Assembly (NCBI GenBank): GCA_032718475.1
Contig: JAUCBJ010008839.1
Location: forward strand, 1-64,000
From: Nemertoderma westbladi
Taxonomy: Eukaryota; Animalia; Xenacoelomorpha
Length of the DNA: 64,000 nucleotides
Reading direction: 5' to 3'
Numbering within the stretch: position 1 is the first letter of the stretch; each line of letters begins with the position of its first letter. Positions 1-11,468 of the stretch are shown piece after piece. The notes under the pieces were generated by a model, which worked only from the letters and a program-made list of their open reading frames with translations, did not search any database and was not told the DNA's origin. A program made the position numbers and the translations under genes.

Positions 1-3000
1 AGGTATGTTCAGATGTTGAATGCTCTCATCCTCGTCCCAATCATAAAGGTCTGCTTGAGTAGTAGCGAAGTTCTTTATAGCCACCATTTTCACTAACCTT
101 ATGCTGTGTTCTCCTAGTTCGTCCTGGGGGGTGGACAACGCTCCGACATAATAATCAGCTGTTATTGTAGATTTCCAAACTTGCATAATGCCTGACATGT
201 TGAGCTTAGTTTGGAACTTGGGTTGTCCAGCAAATATATCTTCGGCTAACTCTTTATCGATAAATGTTCCTGTGCTGCCGGAGTCCAGGAGGGCGTTCAC
301 TACATAACTCCTCTTAGGTCCGTGAACCCTTACCTGTACCACAGGAAACTCTCGGATCCCTACATTGGAGGATGTCTCTTTCCAAGGTGGTTGTCGTTCA
401 GAAGTAGTTAGAGTAAAGTCGTTCTCTGTATCTTTCTCATATGTTAGTGCTCGATACACTGCGGTATTTATCATGTAACAGGATTCGTTTTCGTCAGAGA
501 ACTCGTCTGTATAGAATCCTTCCATCTCAGATTGATCAGTGTCGTTCACATCACTGAATTGGACATGTAGCTCGGAATCACTTACCTGATTCGGACCATT
601 TCGATCGAATTCAGCGTGCAACAAGATATGATGTTTCGCACCACACTTTGCACACCTTATGTCAGAGAAACAGGTTCGCCGTTGGTGTCCTTGTCTGAGG
701 CAATTATAACATAACCGCTTATCCCACATGACTTCGCGTCTCTCCGTTAATGATTTCTTTAGAAATTCATCACACCTATTCAAATAGTGGGTCCCGTCAC
801 ACAGCGCACATTTTGGTTTGATGTTACTTACCTTATTCTGAGTCACATTGTGTACACTTGCCTTTTCTTCGGGTTTTCTCACCTGAATTCTCTTGGGAGA
901 CGTGGGAGGAGTTTTTCTTACCTGTTCCCTCCTGTCATTTGTTCGAGACTTAAATTTACTTACCTGATCTTTAGGCATTTTATTCACGTAATAAGATCTA
1001 TCCGTGTCCTTCCCGCTATCTTCTCCTTGAGAAGTCTGGCTTTCGCCGTCATCGGTATAACATACTGGTGTTATTTTTCTCCTAGAGACGGGTTTTTCAC
1101 TTACCTTGTTTTCCGGTGTCTTCTCTCGGGACTGCTTGAGGAGTTGCAATTTCACTTCTCCATCCAAGAATGACATGAGATCAGCCATGGTAGGGTCTCG
1201 TCGTTGTTGTTCCATCATATAAAGTACTTTCTTATCCCAGCGTGTGCCTACCCCACCTTTCGGTAAAGTAGAAGCCACAGCTCCAATGACCATAGAACTT
1301 TGGTATTCATGAGACTTACCTAACCAATCTAATTGTCTACAGATCTCTTGAATCTCATCGGAAAACTCTATTATCCCACTGCTGATGAACTTTCTGGGCG
1401 CTACTAATTTTGCATATAAATACTTAGCGATATTATTCCTATTACCATACCTGATGTTTAGTGTATCCCAAACTTGTCTTAATCCGTCTGGATGTCCAAT
1501 AAACTTTAACGCCATTAACTTGGGAGATCCTTCCAAGCACTCGATGAGGTATCTCAGTTTTTCTCCATTAGATAGTACAGAGTTCTGTATGTTATCTTTG
1601 TAATATTCATTAAAAGGTAACCATTTCATCTCATCTCCATTGAACTTGACGATCTCTCCAACCTTTACCGCTTGCCGGGCTTCGGTTCTAGCCATTTGAC
1701 GCGTAAAACTTTCTTGGGCCATCGTGCTATTTAATATCGAGTTATCGGTATATAAATTTCTCGGATTATGATCAGTTCTATAGGGAATATCATTATCAAC
1801 AGGTCTATAATTACCCTTAATAGGGTTCACTATAGGAGTTTCTACTTCGCTAGCAGTATATATGCGTGTAGGCTCCACACCTTGCGCATGCAATACTTCA
1901 GACCTAACAGGTTGACACATTGTTACAGAGGGTGGTGGTATACCCTTTTGGGTATTTACTAATTTATCGCGTTCTAGCGCGATACTTTGCTGCACTTCTT
2001 GCAACTCTAGCCTACTTTCCCTTACTGTGCCCTTGAACTGCTGGACAGTCTCCTGCATCTGTCCGAGCAGGATATCCATCCCCCGCCGTCTCTCGTCCAC
2101 CCATTCGACCGCCGAAGCGGGAGTCGCCAACGTTGTAGCGGGCGGACGAGGGACAACGGGCGACAAATTGTGAATATTTCGCTCGGGGTCCAGGACCTGA
2201 ACTGTCTCTTGGGCAGTTCTGCGGGGCACAGGTAGCTTAGTGCTATGCAGAGGGAATTTAGAGGTAGTTTCAGGGAGCACATGTGCGTCTATCACCGAAG
2301 GGGTGATTTCAAGAACAGGCCTAATTATTTCAGGCTCATCTACTATAGTAGGGAGTCTTTCTATTTTAATTATTTGGTCTGTGGGCTCTGTACTACCTAC
2401 TTTGGTGTTATTTAGTTGCCTTCTAACAGCTGGAGGCAAATCAGGCAATTTCTGCCGGTGGAATGTTCTTTTACGTCTGCTTAGGCGAGATCGATTTCCT
2501 CCGCCTTCGGTGTCGGTGGTATCGCCTTCCTCAGATGATGTATACCCCTGTCTCTTGGGAGTAGATCGACTCATCATCTGCATATTGCTCGCTGTTAACT
2601 GTTTATTGAAGTTGTCTTGCCTCTCTTGAAGATTTTCCAACTCTAGTTGGGTTGCCTCTTCAGATGCCCTCCGTTCTGCTTCTGCCACCTTTCTTTCCGC
2701 TTCGGCCTCTGCCATTGCCGCCTTTCTTTCTGCTTCTGCCGCTTTTGCCTCTGCCGCTGCCTCTGCCGCTGCCGCTTTTGCCTCTGCTGCTGCCTCTGCT
2801 GCTGCCAATTTTCTTTCTGCTTCTGCAGCTACCACTGCTGCTTTCTTTCTGTCTTCTATACGTTTTTTCTTTACTTGTTCTTCTCTTTCTCTAGCGATGC
2901 GGAGTTGTTCATCGAATTTAGCTTGGTTCGCCGCTAACCTATCCACATCAATCGCATCTAACACAAGTTTGGCTCCTTCGCTATTAGGGCTAAGTCCCTC

Positions 3001-4020
3001 TAGCCTTCTCCTCAACTCTTCATCTCCCACAAAACGCTGATAGTCTGACAGATAGATATCAATGGCATCCTTCTTATGCGGTTTCTCTGCCGTCGCTTCA
3101 CTTTCCACTTGGGAAAAAGTAGCGTCTGTTGATTCTCCATGGGTTGAGCGCTCCTCCAACTGAGCCTTCCACTGAGCTGCTCCTTGAACCTGGCGACTCA
3201 CCCGTTGAAACCAAGTCTTTACGGCAACTTGCAACGACGTGTCTTGTCTTCTTTTAGAAGCCTCCTCAAAGGCGGATAAGATTAGCCTAATCCGCAGAAC
3301 TCTTTCTCTAACTTGATAAAGCAGCGATCCCTGCTCTTGAGGTCCTTGAGGTTGTTGAAAAAGTTGCTTTTCTATTCGCTCCATAGAGCTGAAGAATCCC
3401 TGTGCGTATCCGGCTGCGGACCTCTTCCACACAGCTGGATCGATGGTTTCCTTGGCTACTCCCATCCGGTGTATGTCATCCCAGGCAGCTTCTGATAAAT
3501 CAAACGGGAGTCCGGGTCCGGGGAAGTTCCATTGCGACTCGACAATAGACTTCAGTTCTTCACTAGTGTAGCCCGCGTAGCTATCTCTAGTTGACCGTTG
3601 ACTTCTCGCCCAATCGATCTGGTGTTCTTCCACCGCGATCAATAACCCAGCGAGCACGGCTGCAGGAAGGATGAGAAGGGGATCCGTATAAACCGCATCC
3701 GTCATCTCTGCTCCGCTCTCGGGTGTCAGCTCTACAGTATCCTCACTACTGGAGCTGCTGGGCCGCTGAGGAATAAGTTCTTGACTAGCGGGTTGTTGCT
3801 GTTCCGCTGCTTGTTGGTCCCGCTTGACCTGAGCTCGGGTGCCTATGATAGACCTACGATGTTGGACCAGCCTAGGTTCTGTTATTACTACTGGAGGGAT
3901 GACCTTCCTCACAGTGGGAGGTGAACTGGATTTACGACCAGACGTTTGTACGTCTCTATCTGAGTCGCAGATAGTTACATCTAATAAACTGTCTGACAGG
4001 TTCTGCTTAGTATCAGACAT
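1..4020 (-). CDS. BEL/Pao LTR retrotransposon Gag-protease polyprotein, 5' part (>=1340 aa, continues off the window)
   Basis: Manual translation from ATG 4020 stays in one frame at every point checked. It contains the BEL-type triple Cys/His cluster CALCDGTHYLNRC / CYNCLRQGHQRRTC / CAKCGAKHHILLH (~610-810) and the aspartic protease motif ALLDSGSTGTFI (~260-300). It is absent from the ORF track, consistent with no stop inside the window. Confidence 0.92.
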   Translation of the reverse strand, partial: MSDTKQNLSDSLLDVTICDSDRDVQTSGRKSSSPPTVRKVIPPVVITEPRLVQHRRSIIGTRAQVKRDQQAAEQQQPASQELIPQRPSSSSSEDTVELTPESGAEMTDAVYTDPLLILPAAVLAGLLIAVEEHQIDWARSQRSTRDSYAGYTSEELKSIVESQWNFPGPGLPFDLSEAAWDDIHRMGVAKETIDPAVWKRSAAGYAQGFFSSMERIEKQLFQQPQGPQEQGSLLYQVRERVLRIRLILSAFEEASKRRQDTSLQVAVKTWFQRVSRQVQGAAQWKAQLEERSTHGESTDATFSQVESEATAEKPHKKDAIDIYLSDYQRFVGDEELRRRLEGLSPNSEGAKLVLDAIDVDRLAANQAKFDEQLRIAREREEQVKKKRIEDRKKAAVVAAEAERKLAAAEAAAEAKAAAAEAAAEAKAAEAERKAAMAEAEAERKVAEAERRASEEATQLELENLQERQDNFNKQLTASNMQMMSRSTPKRQGYTSSEEGDTTDTEGGGNRSRLSRRKRTFHRQKLPDLPPAVRRQLNNTKVGSTEPTDQIIKIERLPTIVDEPEIIRPVLEITPSVIDAHVLPETTSKFPLHSTKLPVPRRTAQETVQVLDPERNIHNLSPVVPRPPATTLATPASAVEWVDERRRGMDILLGQMQETVQQFKGTVRESRLELQEVQQSIALERDKLVNTQKGIPPPSVTMCQPVRSEVLHAQGVEPTRIYTASEVETPIVNPIKGNYRPVDNDIPYRTDHNPRNLYTDNSILNSTMAQESFTRQMARTEARQAVKVGEIVKFNGDEMKWLPFNEYYKDNIQNSVLSNGEKLRYLIECLEGSPKLMALKFIGHPDGLRQVWDTLNIRYGNRNNIAKYLYAKLVAPRKFISSGIIEFSDEIQEICRQLDWLGKSHEYQSSMVIGAVASTLPKGGVGTRWDKKVLYMMEQQRRDPTMADLMSFLDGEVKLQLLKQSREKTPENKVSEKPVSRRKITPVCYTDDGESQTSQGEDSGKDTDRSYYVNKMPKDQVSKFKSRTNDRREQVRKTPPTSPKRIQVRKPEEKASVHNVTQNKVSNIKPKCALCDGTHYLNRCDEFLKKSLTERREVMWDKRLCYNCLRQGHQRRTCFSDIRCAKCGAKHHILLHAEFDRNGPNQVSDSELHVQFSDVNDTDQSEMEGFYTDEFSDENESCYMINTAVYRALTYEKDTENDFTLTTSERQPPWKETSSNVGIREFPVVQVRVHGPKRSYVVNALLDSGSTGTFIDKELAEDIFAGQPKFQTKLNMSGIMQVWKSTITADYYVGALSTPQDELGEHSIRLVKMVAIKNFATTQADLYDWDEDESIQHLNIP

Positions 4021-4139
4021 GACTATGTATACCGTTGAATGTCTACTGCTGTATTACAGTCTGAGTAAGTCTAGTAACTCAGTATTACCTGCTAGTCTAG
4101 TAATTAATTACCGGTACTGCTACTCAGTATAGCGTGATA

Positions 4140-4530
4140 TATATAATATATTAGAATACCGGTATACTTATAGTATATATAACTATATAAGTATTATTAC
4201 AGACTAGGTTTATCACAGAATACCGGTATAATTTTAGCACAAATATATATAAATATATAATAGGCCTATCTGAATACCGGTATACAGCTTACAGTTTGTA
4301 GGATATATAATTCTGAAATAGAATTAATTACAAGTACCGGTATAATTTCAGCCTAGATTTATAGAAATAAAGATAATAGGCCTATCGTAAATACCGGTAT
4401 GCAGTTTACACTTATAGTGTATATATATAAGTATAATTACAAACTAGAATTAATTACAAGTACCGGTATAATTTCAGCCGAAATTTATAGAAATAAAGAT
4501 AATAGGCCTATCGTAAATACCGGTATATCA
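4140..4530. repeat. Imperfect direct repeats (~126 bp period) in the BEL leader
   Basis: ttaattacaagtaccggtataatttcagcc at 4324 and 4450; aaagataataggcctatcgtaaataccggtat occurs twice. Confidence 0.8.
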
Positions 4531-5499
4531 ATTATTTCAAAATAATTGAATTTCTGATACTTTAGGGTTACTTGGTTACTTTACTTACTTTATTACCGTT
4601 ATTTGAGCAGTAATCCAACTGATATTGAGGCCTAATGGTTGTATGGTAGGCCTACGATTTATAAATCGTTAGATTTGATTTATAATATATATATACCCGT
4701 TTTAATGGGTTTTGTCAATGTTTGAAATAAATGTTATTATTTCTGGGGAGTAATCACTACACAAAGCGGTACGCTTTCAGTGAAGTGTTACGTACAGGAC
4801 ACTAAAACAAATAATTCTAATTTACCTAAGTTACTTAATACTACAAATTACGTACAATTCGGGTGAGATTACAATCTCTAAATAAATGCAAAAATTTACA
4901 AAAACGCAAAATACGAATTTTTAGGGTAATTTTACAAGAAGTCTACAAACCAGCCTAACAAAGGGTTAGAAATCTGATTATTACAGCGGACAGGGTACTA
5001 CGGTATTTGAAATAATAAGTAGTAGTAAATACACTGCGTTGTCTAGATAGGAAAATGCCACCGCCTGACGACCTATAGCCGTATCGCTATAGGTTCTACG
5101 TTATGTATCACGGAGTGTTCCTACCTAGAAGTTAATAGAGCTAATCGAATGTGCCTATCAACCACTTTACAACACAAATATAATGCCTACAATAATTACT
5201 TCGGAAAGTACCGTACACTAAACCCTAAATTAGGTACGAGTACTTGTATAACAAATAATCAGTAGTTAAATATACTTGAACAGCTAAAAGAACCACGGCA
5301 TCTGCTGGAGTGACCGATGCACAAAATCACCAGTCTTTACCTACGCCGAGCAGCCCGTGTAGTACCGGGGTTAATTTAACTATAACGGTATGTATAACAA
5401 ACACAATTACTGTAGGAACAAACTTAGGGACTTGAATGTTGCGAATAATCGCATAAACTCTGAATAATAAATATTACGCTACGCGTACAAACTACTCAA

Positions 5500-6030
5500 A
5501 CAAAATACAGACCGAACACCGACAGACTACTATCAAGCCTAAACAAACTACGGTATATGCAGACTCCGAAATGATTAGGGAGTATGCGCTCTAACCCAGT
5601 AGTGCGACTTATTCTTTAGTTGGGGGTTTACCTTACAGCGTTGCTGCCCCTACTGCCTAATCGTACTTAATCGGACAGATGATCTACACACGCGGCAATC
5701 CGTTCAGACCTAATAACAGCCAGACAACTATCCAGCCTACAAATTATTTAAATAAAAGTATACGCTACCCGTACAGACTTACACAAACAAAGTACAGACT
5801 AAACGATGGCAGACTACTCTCAAGCCTAAATAAACTACAGGACATGCAGACTCCGAAATGATTAGGGAGTATGCGCTCTAACCCAGTAGTGCGACTTATT
5901 CTTTAGTTGGGGGGTTTACCTTACAGCGTTGCTGCCCCTACTTCCTAACCGTACTTAATCGGACAAGTGCTCTACACACACTGCAATTCGTTCGGACTTA
6001 ACAGCAATCAGACAACAGCTCAGCCTACAA
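5500..6030. repeat. Tandem duplication (~287 bp period) in the BEL leader
   Basis: Near-identical blocks cagactccgaaatgattagggagtatgcgctctaacccagtagtgcgacttattc... at ~5560 and ~5847. Confidence 0.9.
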
Positions 6031-7551
6031 ATTGTCTGTACAATCTGATCAGGTTTACACGCCTTCTGTTCAATACTGGCCTACAAACAAATAAAACTTG
6101 ACAGAAATAAGTAAAAATCTCAATAAAAAACCAGGGCTGCAGTCCCTGATTAATTATTAAGGCCTACTGGTATATAACAATCAAAATCGAATAATACTGC
6201 TGTAGGTACCGGTCCGGATGATCAGGCAGTCAGGCCTACTGGTTACCGGTCGACCGGTACTTTCGACTTTATTGCTTACTGCAATAAAGAAGCTATATCC
6301 TTTAATGTTCGCGCTTTCAGACCTTTGGCAGTTTAACCCGCCAAATTAGAATGTCTTCTAGATAATAAATCTGCTTTTTAGTCTATGACAAGTATTTGAT
6401 TCACTACACTAGTCGAAACCAATCCGTGCGCGACCATTCACCCGCTGGATATTCCCGGGAGATTGGGTTCGACGGTTTAATTTTTATTGCTATGTAAGCC
6501 TAATGTATTATTCGACTGACAGTACTATATAATCTCTGACAATATTATTCACCTTCGGTAATATTAACAGTTCCTTTAGGACGTGGCGCTTTATCTACAT
6601 AAACAGAGTTATGACTTAAACTACTCACAACGATATGGCTTAATTATAATTCACATATATGGCGCATTCTTTAGGAATTGCTTCTTTAACAGACTCACTC
6701 ATACACTATGCTGCACAATACTGCACACTAATCTGCCAATCTTCACTGATTTTAGTCACATATAAAAGGAACACAGGCTGACTCATGTAGGGTCTATCAA
6801 ATAACATTAGATTCACTTCAAACCACTTTAACATAAGTCACAATCGTTTATCTGTAACCCTTCTCTCTTACCTTCGGTATATCAAGAACATTGGGTTTCG
6901 GGGTTGTTTATCGTTATTCCAAATATAATAATTCATCAACCGTATTATGAAGAACTGACGGTAAATAGCAGTATAAAACAACAATGAAAACACTGATTGT
7001 TATGAGTTTGCAATGTTTCAGCAGTCAGCATGTATGATCAGTCAGCAGTCATCAGGTATGTTAAATTGCAGTTAAAGGATATATGCCCTTTATAATTAAA
7101 CCTACTAGTGTACGACTAAAAAGCAGTACAGCACAAAAATACTTCCAAGCCGTTCTTTCTTTGGCTCAAGACTGAATGTAAACACTGCACATAGGCATTG
7201 CGTCATTTCTCGGAAATTTTCTGTACAAGGAGCCACAAAAACGCTCTCATTGGCTGACTGAACTGAGAGACGCCGTAGAACAAAGGAAATCAACACGTAT
7301 GAATGTCAGCTGTTAACCGTAGTCATAGTAACTACTGTTCAAGAGTAGCTATCACCCCTTTGCGTCACGAATTGCCATAGAATCATAAAATATGCCTTAC
7401 ACAGTACACATACGGAGGAAATAGGTCTTAGATCCTCTAAAAACACCGATACAGCAATAATACGGTCTCTTACACTTATTAAATCAACTACAGAGTATTT
7501 TAATGTAAAAGATAATAAAAATAACGGGGCAATTCAGCAAAGGCTTTTACA

Positions 7552-8995
7552 TATCTGTTTGTTTTGACTGTGCCTCGTGCCCAGCAGTATGGCTAATTTC
7601 AATTCTTATACCATTATACAAGGGTAAAGGACCAAGATCATCCCCAGATTCGTATCGAGGAATAGCCCTGCTTTCATGCATTATGAAATGTTACACCTCT
7701 TTACTTTTCAAGCGGCTCTACCATTGGGCTGAATCTCACAATATTCTTCCCGATGAGCAATATGGATTTCGTCGCGGCCGATCAACCTTAATGGCTGTAC
7801 AGAAACTGCGCTCTGCAATTGTCTCTACTTTTAGTCAAGGAGGACAACTCTATTGTGTATTCATTGATTTTTCTAAAGCTTTCGACTCTGTCGACCGTCC
7901 AAAGTTATGCTCTAAGCTGTGTACTCTTGGCGTAAGCTCAAAATTTATTGCTGTAATTTGGTCTCTCATAGCTTGTAATTTCATAAGAATTAGCATCGGT
8001 TGTTATTTGCTGCCCCCAATTATCCAATTAGTCGGTATGGTGCAGGGTGATAAACTATCTCCTCTTCTATTTTCATTATTTATTGCTGATCTACCCGCAG
8101 CTATTGCCGGTATCGGTTTATTTTGTTTATTGTATGCCGATGATTTAGCCATTTATAGTAGCTCGCTCGCTTCTTTACAACAGTCTCTAGATAATTTAAG
8201 TACCTACTGCGATGACAATCTATTAACCGTTAACTTGAGCAAAACTAAAGCCATCAAGTTCCGAAGAGGAGGTCGCATGGCTGCCACAGATATACTCAAA
8301 TACAAAGGGAACGAAATCAAGTTTGTAAATTCTTTTAATTACCTGGGGTTCATTCTAACGTCCAAAAACACTTCGACGGGTCACTATGTCCACCTTCGGA
8401 AAAGAGGAGTAAGTGCGTCGGTGCGCATTGCATCTCTCGTAGTTCTCTCTTCGGTTTCGCTGGAAACAGCAAAGAAATTGTGGAATCTGGTAGTTTTACC
8501 TTCGTGCACTTATGGTTGCTCAACGTTTATACAAAGTGACGACGTTTCAGCGCTTGATCATGTCGTCAAATGCCGCGGGTTTTTCTTCAAACTCTGGTGT
8601 GGCCTGAGCAAATTTGCTTCAACGACGCGGTTACTAGATGCCATTGATAACAATTCAGTACACGATATCAATCTAGCTAATCTAACAGCTAAAAGAAGAC
8701 GTATCGCGGCGCAATATATTAGTAACGGATACCATCACAAGCTATGCTCCAAAGCTAACTGCTGGCGTCCCCAAGATGATTGCCATTGTCGGCTCTGTAA
8801 TTCTCCAGCAAGAATTGAACACGCTCAGGTCTGCTCTGCGCTTCCACAAAACATACCTGCTTTCAAACTCGCAGTCCATCTTAACAGCCTTATTTAATCT
8901 ATCTTTTCTTTAAGTATGTTTTATTTATTTATTAATAATTTTACTGTGCTAATTTTAACAATCCGATGCGGATTAAATTACAGCTCATCATCATA
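7552..8995 (+). mobile_element. Non-LTR retrotransposon 3' portion: RT plus C-terminal Cys/His domain (clade uncertain, RTE-X/CR1-group-like)
   Basis: ORF 7683-8897, frame open back to ~7554 (PAVW...IPLYKGKG...SYRGIALLS). Motifs EQYGFRRGRST, FIDFSKAFDSV, GMVQGDKLSPLLF, LYADD, YLG; C-terminal HHKLC...CHCRLC...H...C. Confidence 0.9.
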
Positions 8996-9606
8996 AAGCA
9001 ATACACTTAATTATAATAGTCCCATTGTTTCCAGGGCTTAATTAAAATAAAGAACGCGTGACTTAAAATTAACTTCGATTCCATCCCTTTTATCTATTCA
9101 TTCTTTTCATTAACGTATTTCCTGTAAGTTTATTCAAAGAAAATCCCCAATGATCAATTATAAGTTAGTGGCTGGAGGTCTTCCATCCTGCCTATGAGAT
9201 TTAATGAGCTCCTTTGGGTGAAAGAGAATTGATAGTTATAGAAGTGACTTCTCAGCTCCCCTGTAGGAGGTATCCTATCAAACTTTGTATAGCACAAATG
9301 TTACTGATACTTATACACATTTTACGGTTTTATACATTTACAACGTGCAATTGTGCAGAATTGTAAAAATATATAATTTTATGACATCTTTTTTTAGTCA
9401 TTATCTCCTCTTTTTCATAATGTAGGTACCGGTACCTAATACTGTTATTATTCTTCTGTTTTCACTAGTACCGGTATTACAGTATAAAATAGTATAGGTA
9501 ACGCGTCATTATACTGTAGTCCCTTTGGTGGTTAGGTCCAGAGGCTTTAGGTCCTGCGGTGGAGTCTTACTGTAGGTAATGACGCGGAACCATTGAGTAT
9601 ATCGCA

Positions 9607-9963
9607 GGTGACTACAAAACAAAGACCCAAATAATAAAGACCTGTGCAAAACAGATGTGTTAACTTTCGTTTATTGTTTTGGTTCCCCAAAACGCCTCTG
9701 TAACCTGCTCCTTTACTAAGTTGCTCCTTTAAATGGCAATGTGACCTAACGTCCTATGGCAATGGGACATAACGCTGTTTGGGACGTAACGCGACTTTAC
9801 CTCTTTGTTTTGTACGGGCCCCAAAGAATAGGTGCCATTGCATTTAAAGGAGAAGGTCAGTAAAGGAACAGGTTACAGAAGCGTGTTGGGGAAACAAAAA
9901 CAATAAACGAAAGTTAACACATGTTACAATATTATGCAGGTCTTTATTATTTGGGTCTTTGGT
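9607..9963. mobile_element. Palindromic MITE, family A (long TIRs)
   Basis: aaagacccaaataataaagacctg...gttaactttcgtttattgttttggttcccc...tgtaacctgctcctttact is mirrored by its reverse complement at 9860-9960. Same family as 60697-61115. Confidence 0.8.
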
Positions 9964-10529
9964 ATCAAAACTATTGTGATATGTGTGTCACCATGCCTAC
10001 TCTACCATATACTATCATTGTTAAAGTGACCGTTTATTGTTTTTCTTAGAAAAACCCGCCTCTGAAACCTGCTCATTTCCCTCAATTGGTGAAGTGATCG
10101 TTTATTGTTTTGGGTAAAAAAGCCCGACTCAGTAATCTGCTCCTTGAACTTTAAACAACTGACAGTAGTTTTCTGTATTAATTACAGTCTGGATGTGGAA
10201 AAAAAGGTGACCTAAAAGTAAATTGAAGAAAAAAAAGGGTAAAGAGAGTAAATAAAGGGACAAAATGAGCAAAAATTAGTAAATAAAAAATAACTGCCAA
10301 TAATGTATATCAGGTACGGCGAGGTAATTACTTAGTAGTTACACAGAGTGGTGATACCAATAAAAATATATGACTGAAACTAAACGAGAAACTAAAATCG
10401 GAACTGAATAAGAGGCGGTGACATACTAAAACTTTAATACGTTGAATGTTGAATTTAATTTAATAAGTCATCACCGTTGTTACCGTGATACAAAACACGT
10501 ACCGTAAAACAAGCGCGAAATCGCGCAAA

Positions 10530-10556
10530 GGTCCACGCTACGCGGACCTAAAAAAA
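10530..10556 (+). mobile_element. Possible Helitron/Helentron-type terminal hairpin
   Basis: aggtccacgctacgcggacct followed by an A-run; the other end was not found. Confidence 0.3.
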
Positions 10557-11468
10557 ACAATTACTAAATGTTAGTAAAAAGGAAGATGGAAATTAGGAGA
10601 TTCTCTTAGTAAAACAGTATTAATCAAATTAAAAACTGCGAATTATTGGTAAACTTGATTTAAATAATAATATCAATTAAATAAATTCAATATAATTATA
10701 CTGATGCCCTACAATAATTATAATTTATATACATTTTAATTCATCATTAAGTAATATTAATATAAGCCCGTATGCATAAAGCGAGTGGGGAGAAAACAAA
10801 ATATTTCGTAGGGGACAAAATATATATTTTTTTCATTTATTATTGTTTATTTTTTAGTTATTATGGCCAATGTTTGCACACGCTCATGGTTTAACAATAT
10901 CATTTGTTGGCATTACGATAGGTTCACAGAATGAACCTAAGTTCGCTTTTATTTTAATATCAAAAATATTTAAATTATGATATTAATCAACTATATTATT
11001 CATCAATATTTTAACATTCTACATTTTCGATCAATATATGATAGTTTCAATATTTTGGACTAATTCGCAGAAAAATGTAAAGAAATATCACATTCTATTC
11101 AATTGATAAATTGTGCAACTATGATAAATTAAACGAAGCCCGCCAGGTCCATTCTACTGACGAGTCACAAATCACTAACTATTTACGTGATGGCATAAAT
11201 TCCAACTTTTAGCCACCACTTCTTTTGTTGACAAAAAAAATGTGACTTGCACCCAATAATATAAATTAAAGAACACCATGGTTGCTTGGTTTCAATGGGA
11301 GTGGTTCCACTGGTAAGTAATTCATATTAAAAATGTTTGGTATAAAAGGAAGTTCGGTATGATTGAAAAAAAAAATAAAGATTATACCAATAATTTTCTT
11401 TACTTAGAAGTTGAACTTTAGTATAAAATTATTTTCAAGACATTTAAAAGGCATTTAACATTTAACAA

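Larger units (their letters stand above)
1..7551 (-). mobile_element. BEL/Pao LTR retrotransposon (5' LTR, long leader, gag-pro)
   Basis: Gag-PR ORF as above. The minus strand begins TGTAAAAG at 7551, exactly where the flanking LINE RT frame starts. The inner LTR boundary and PBS were not identified. Confidence 0.75.

Noticed and set aside
787-4132. Plus-strand ORFs, including Cys- and Leu/Pro-rich ones
   Set aside because: Antisense shadows of the BEL Gag frame.
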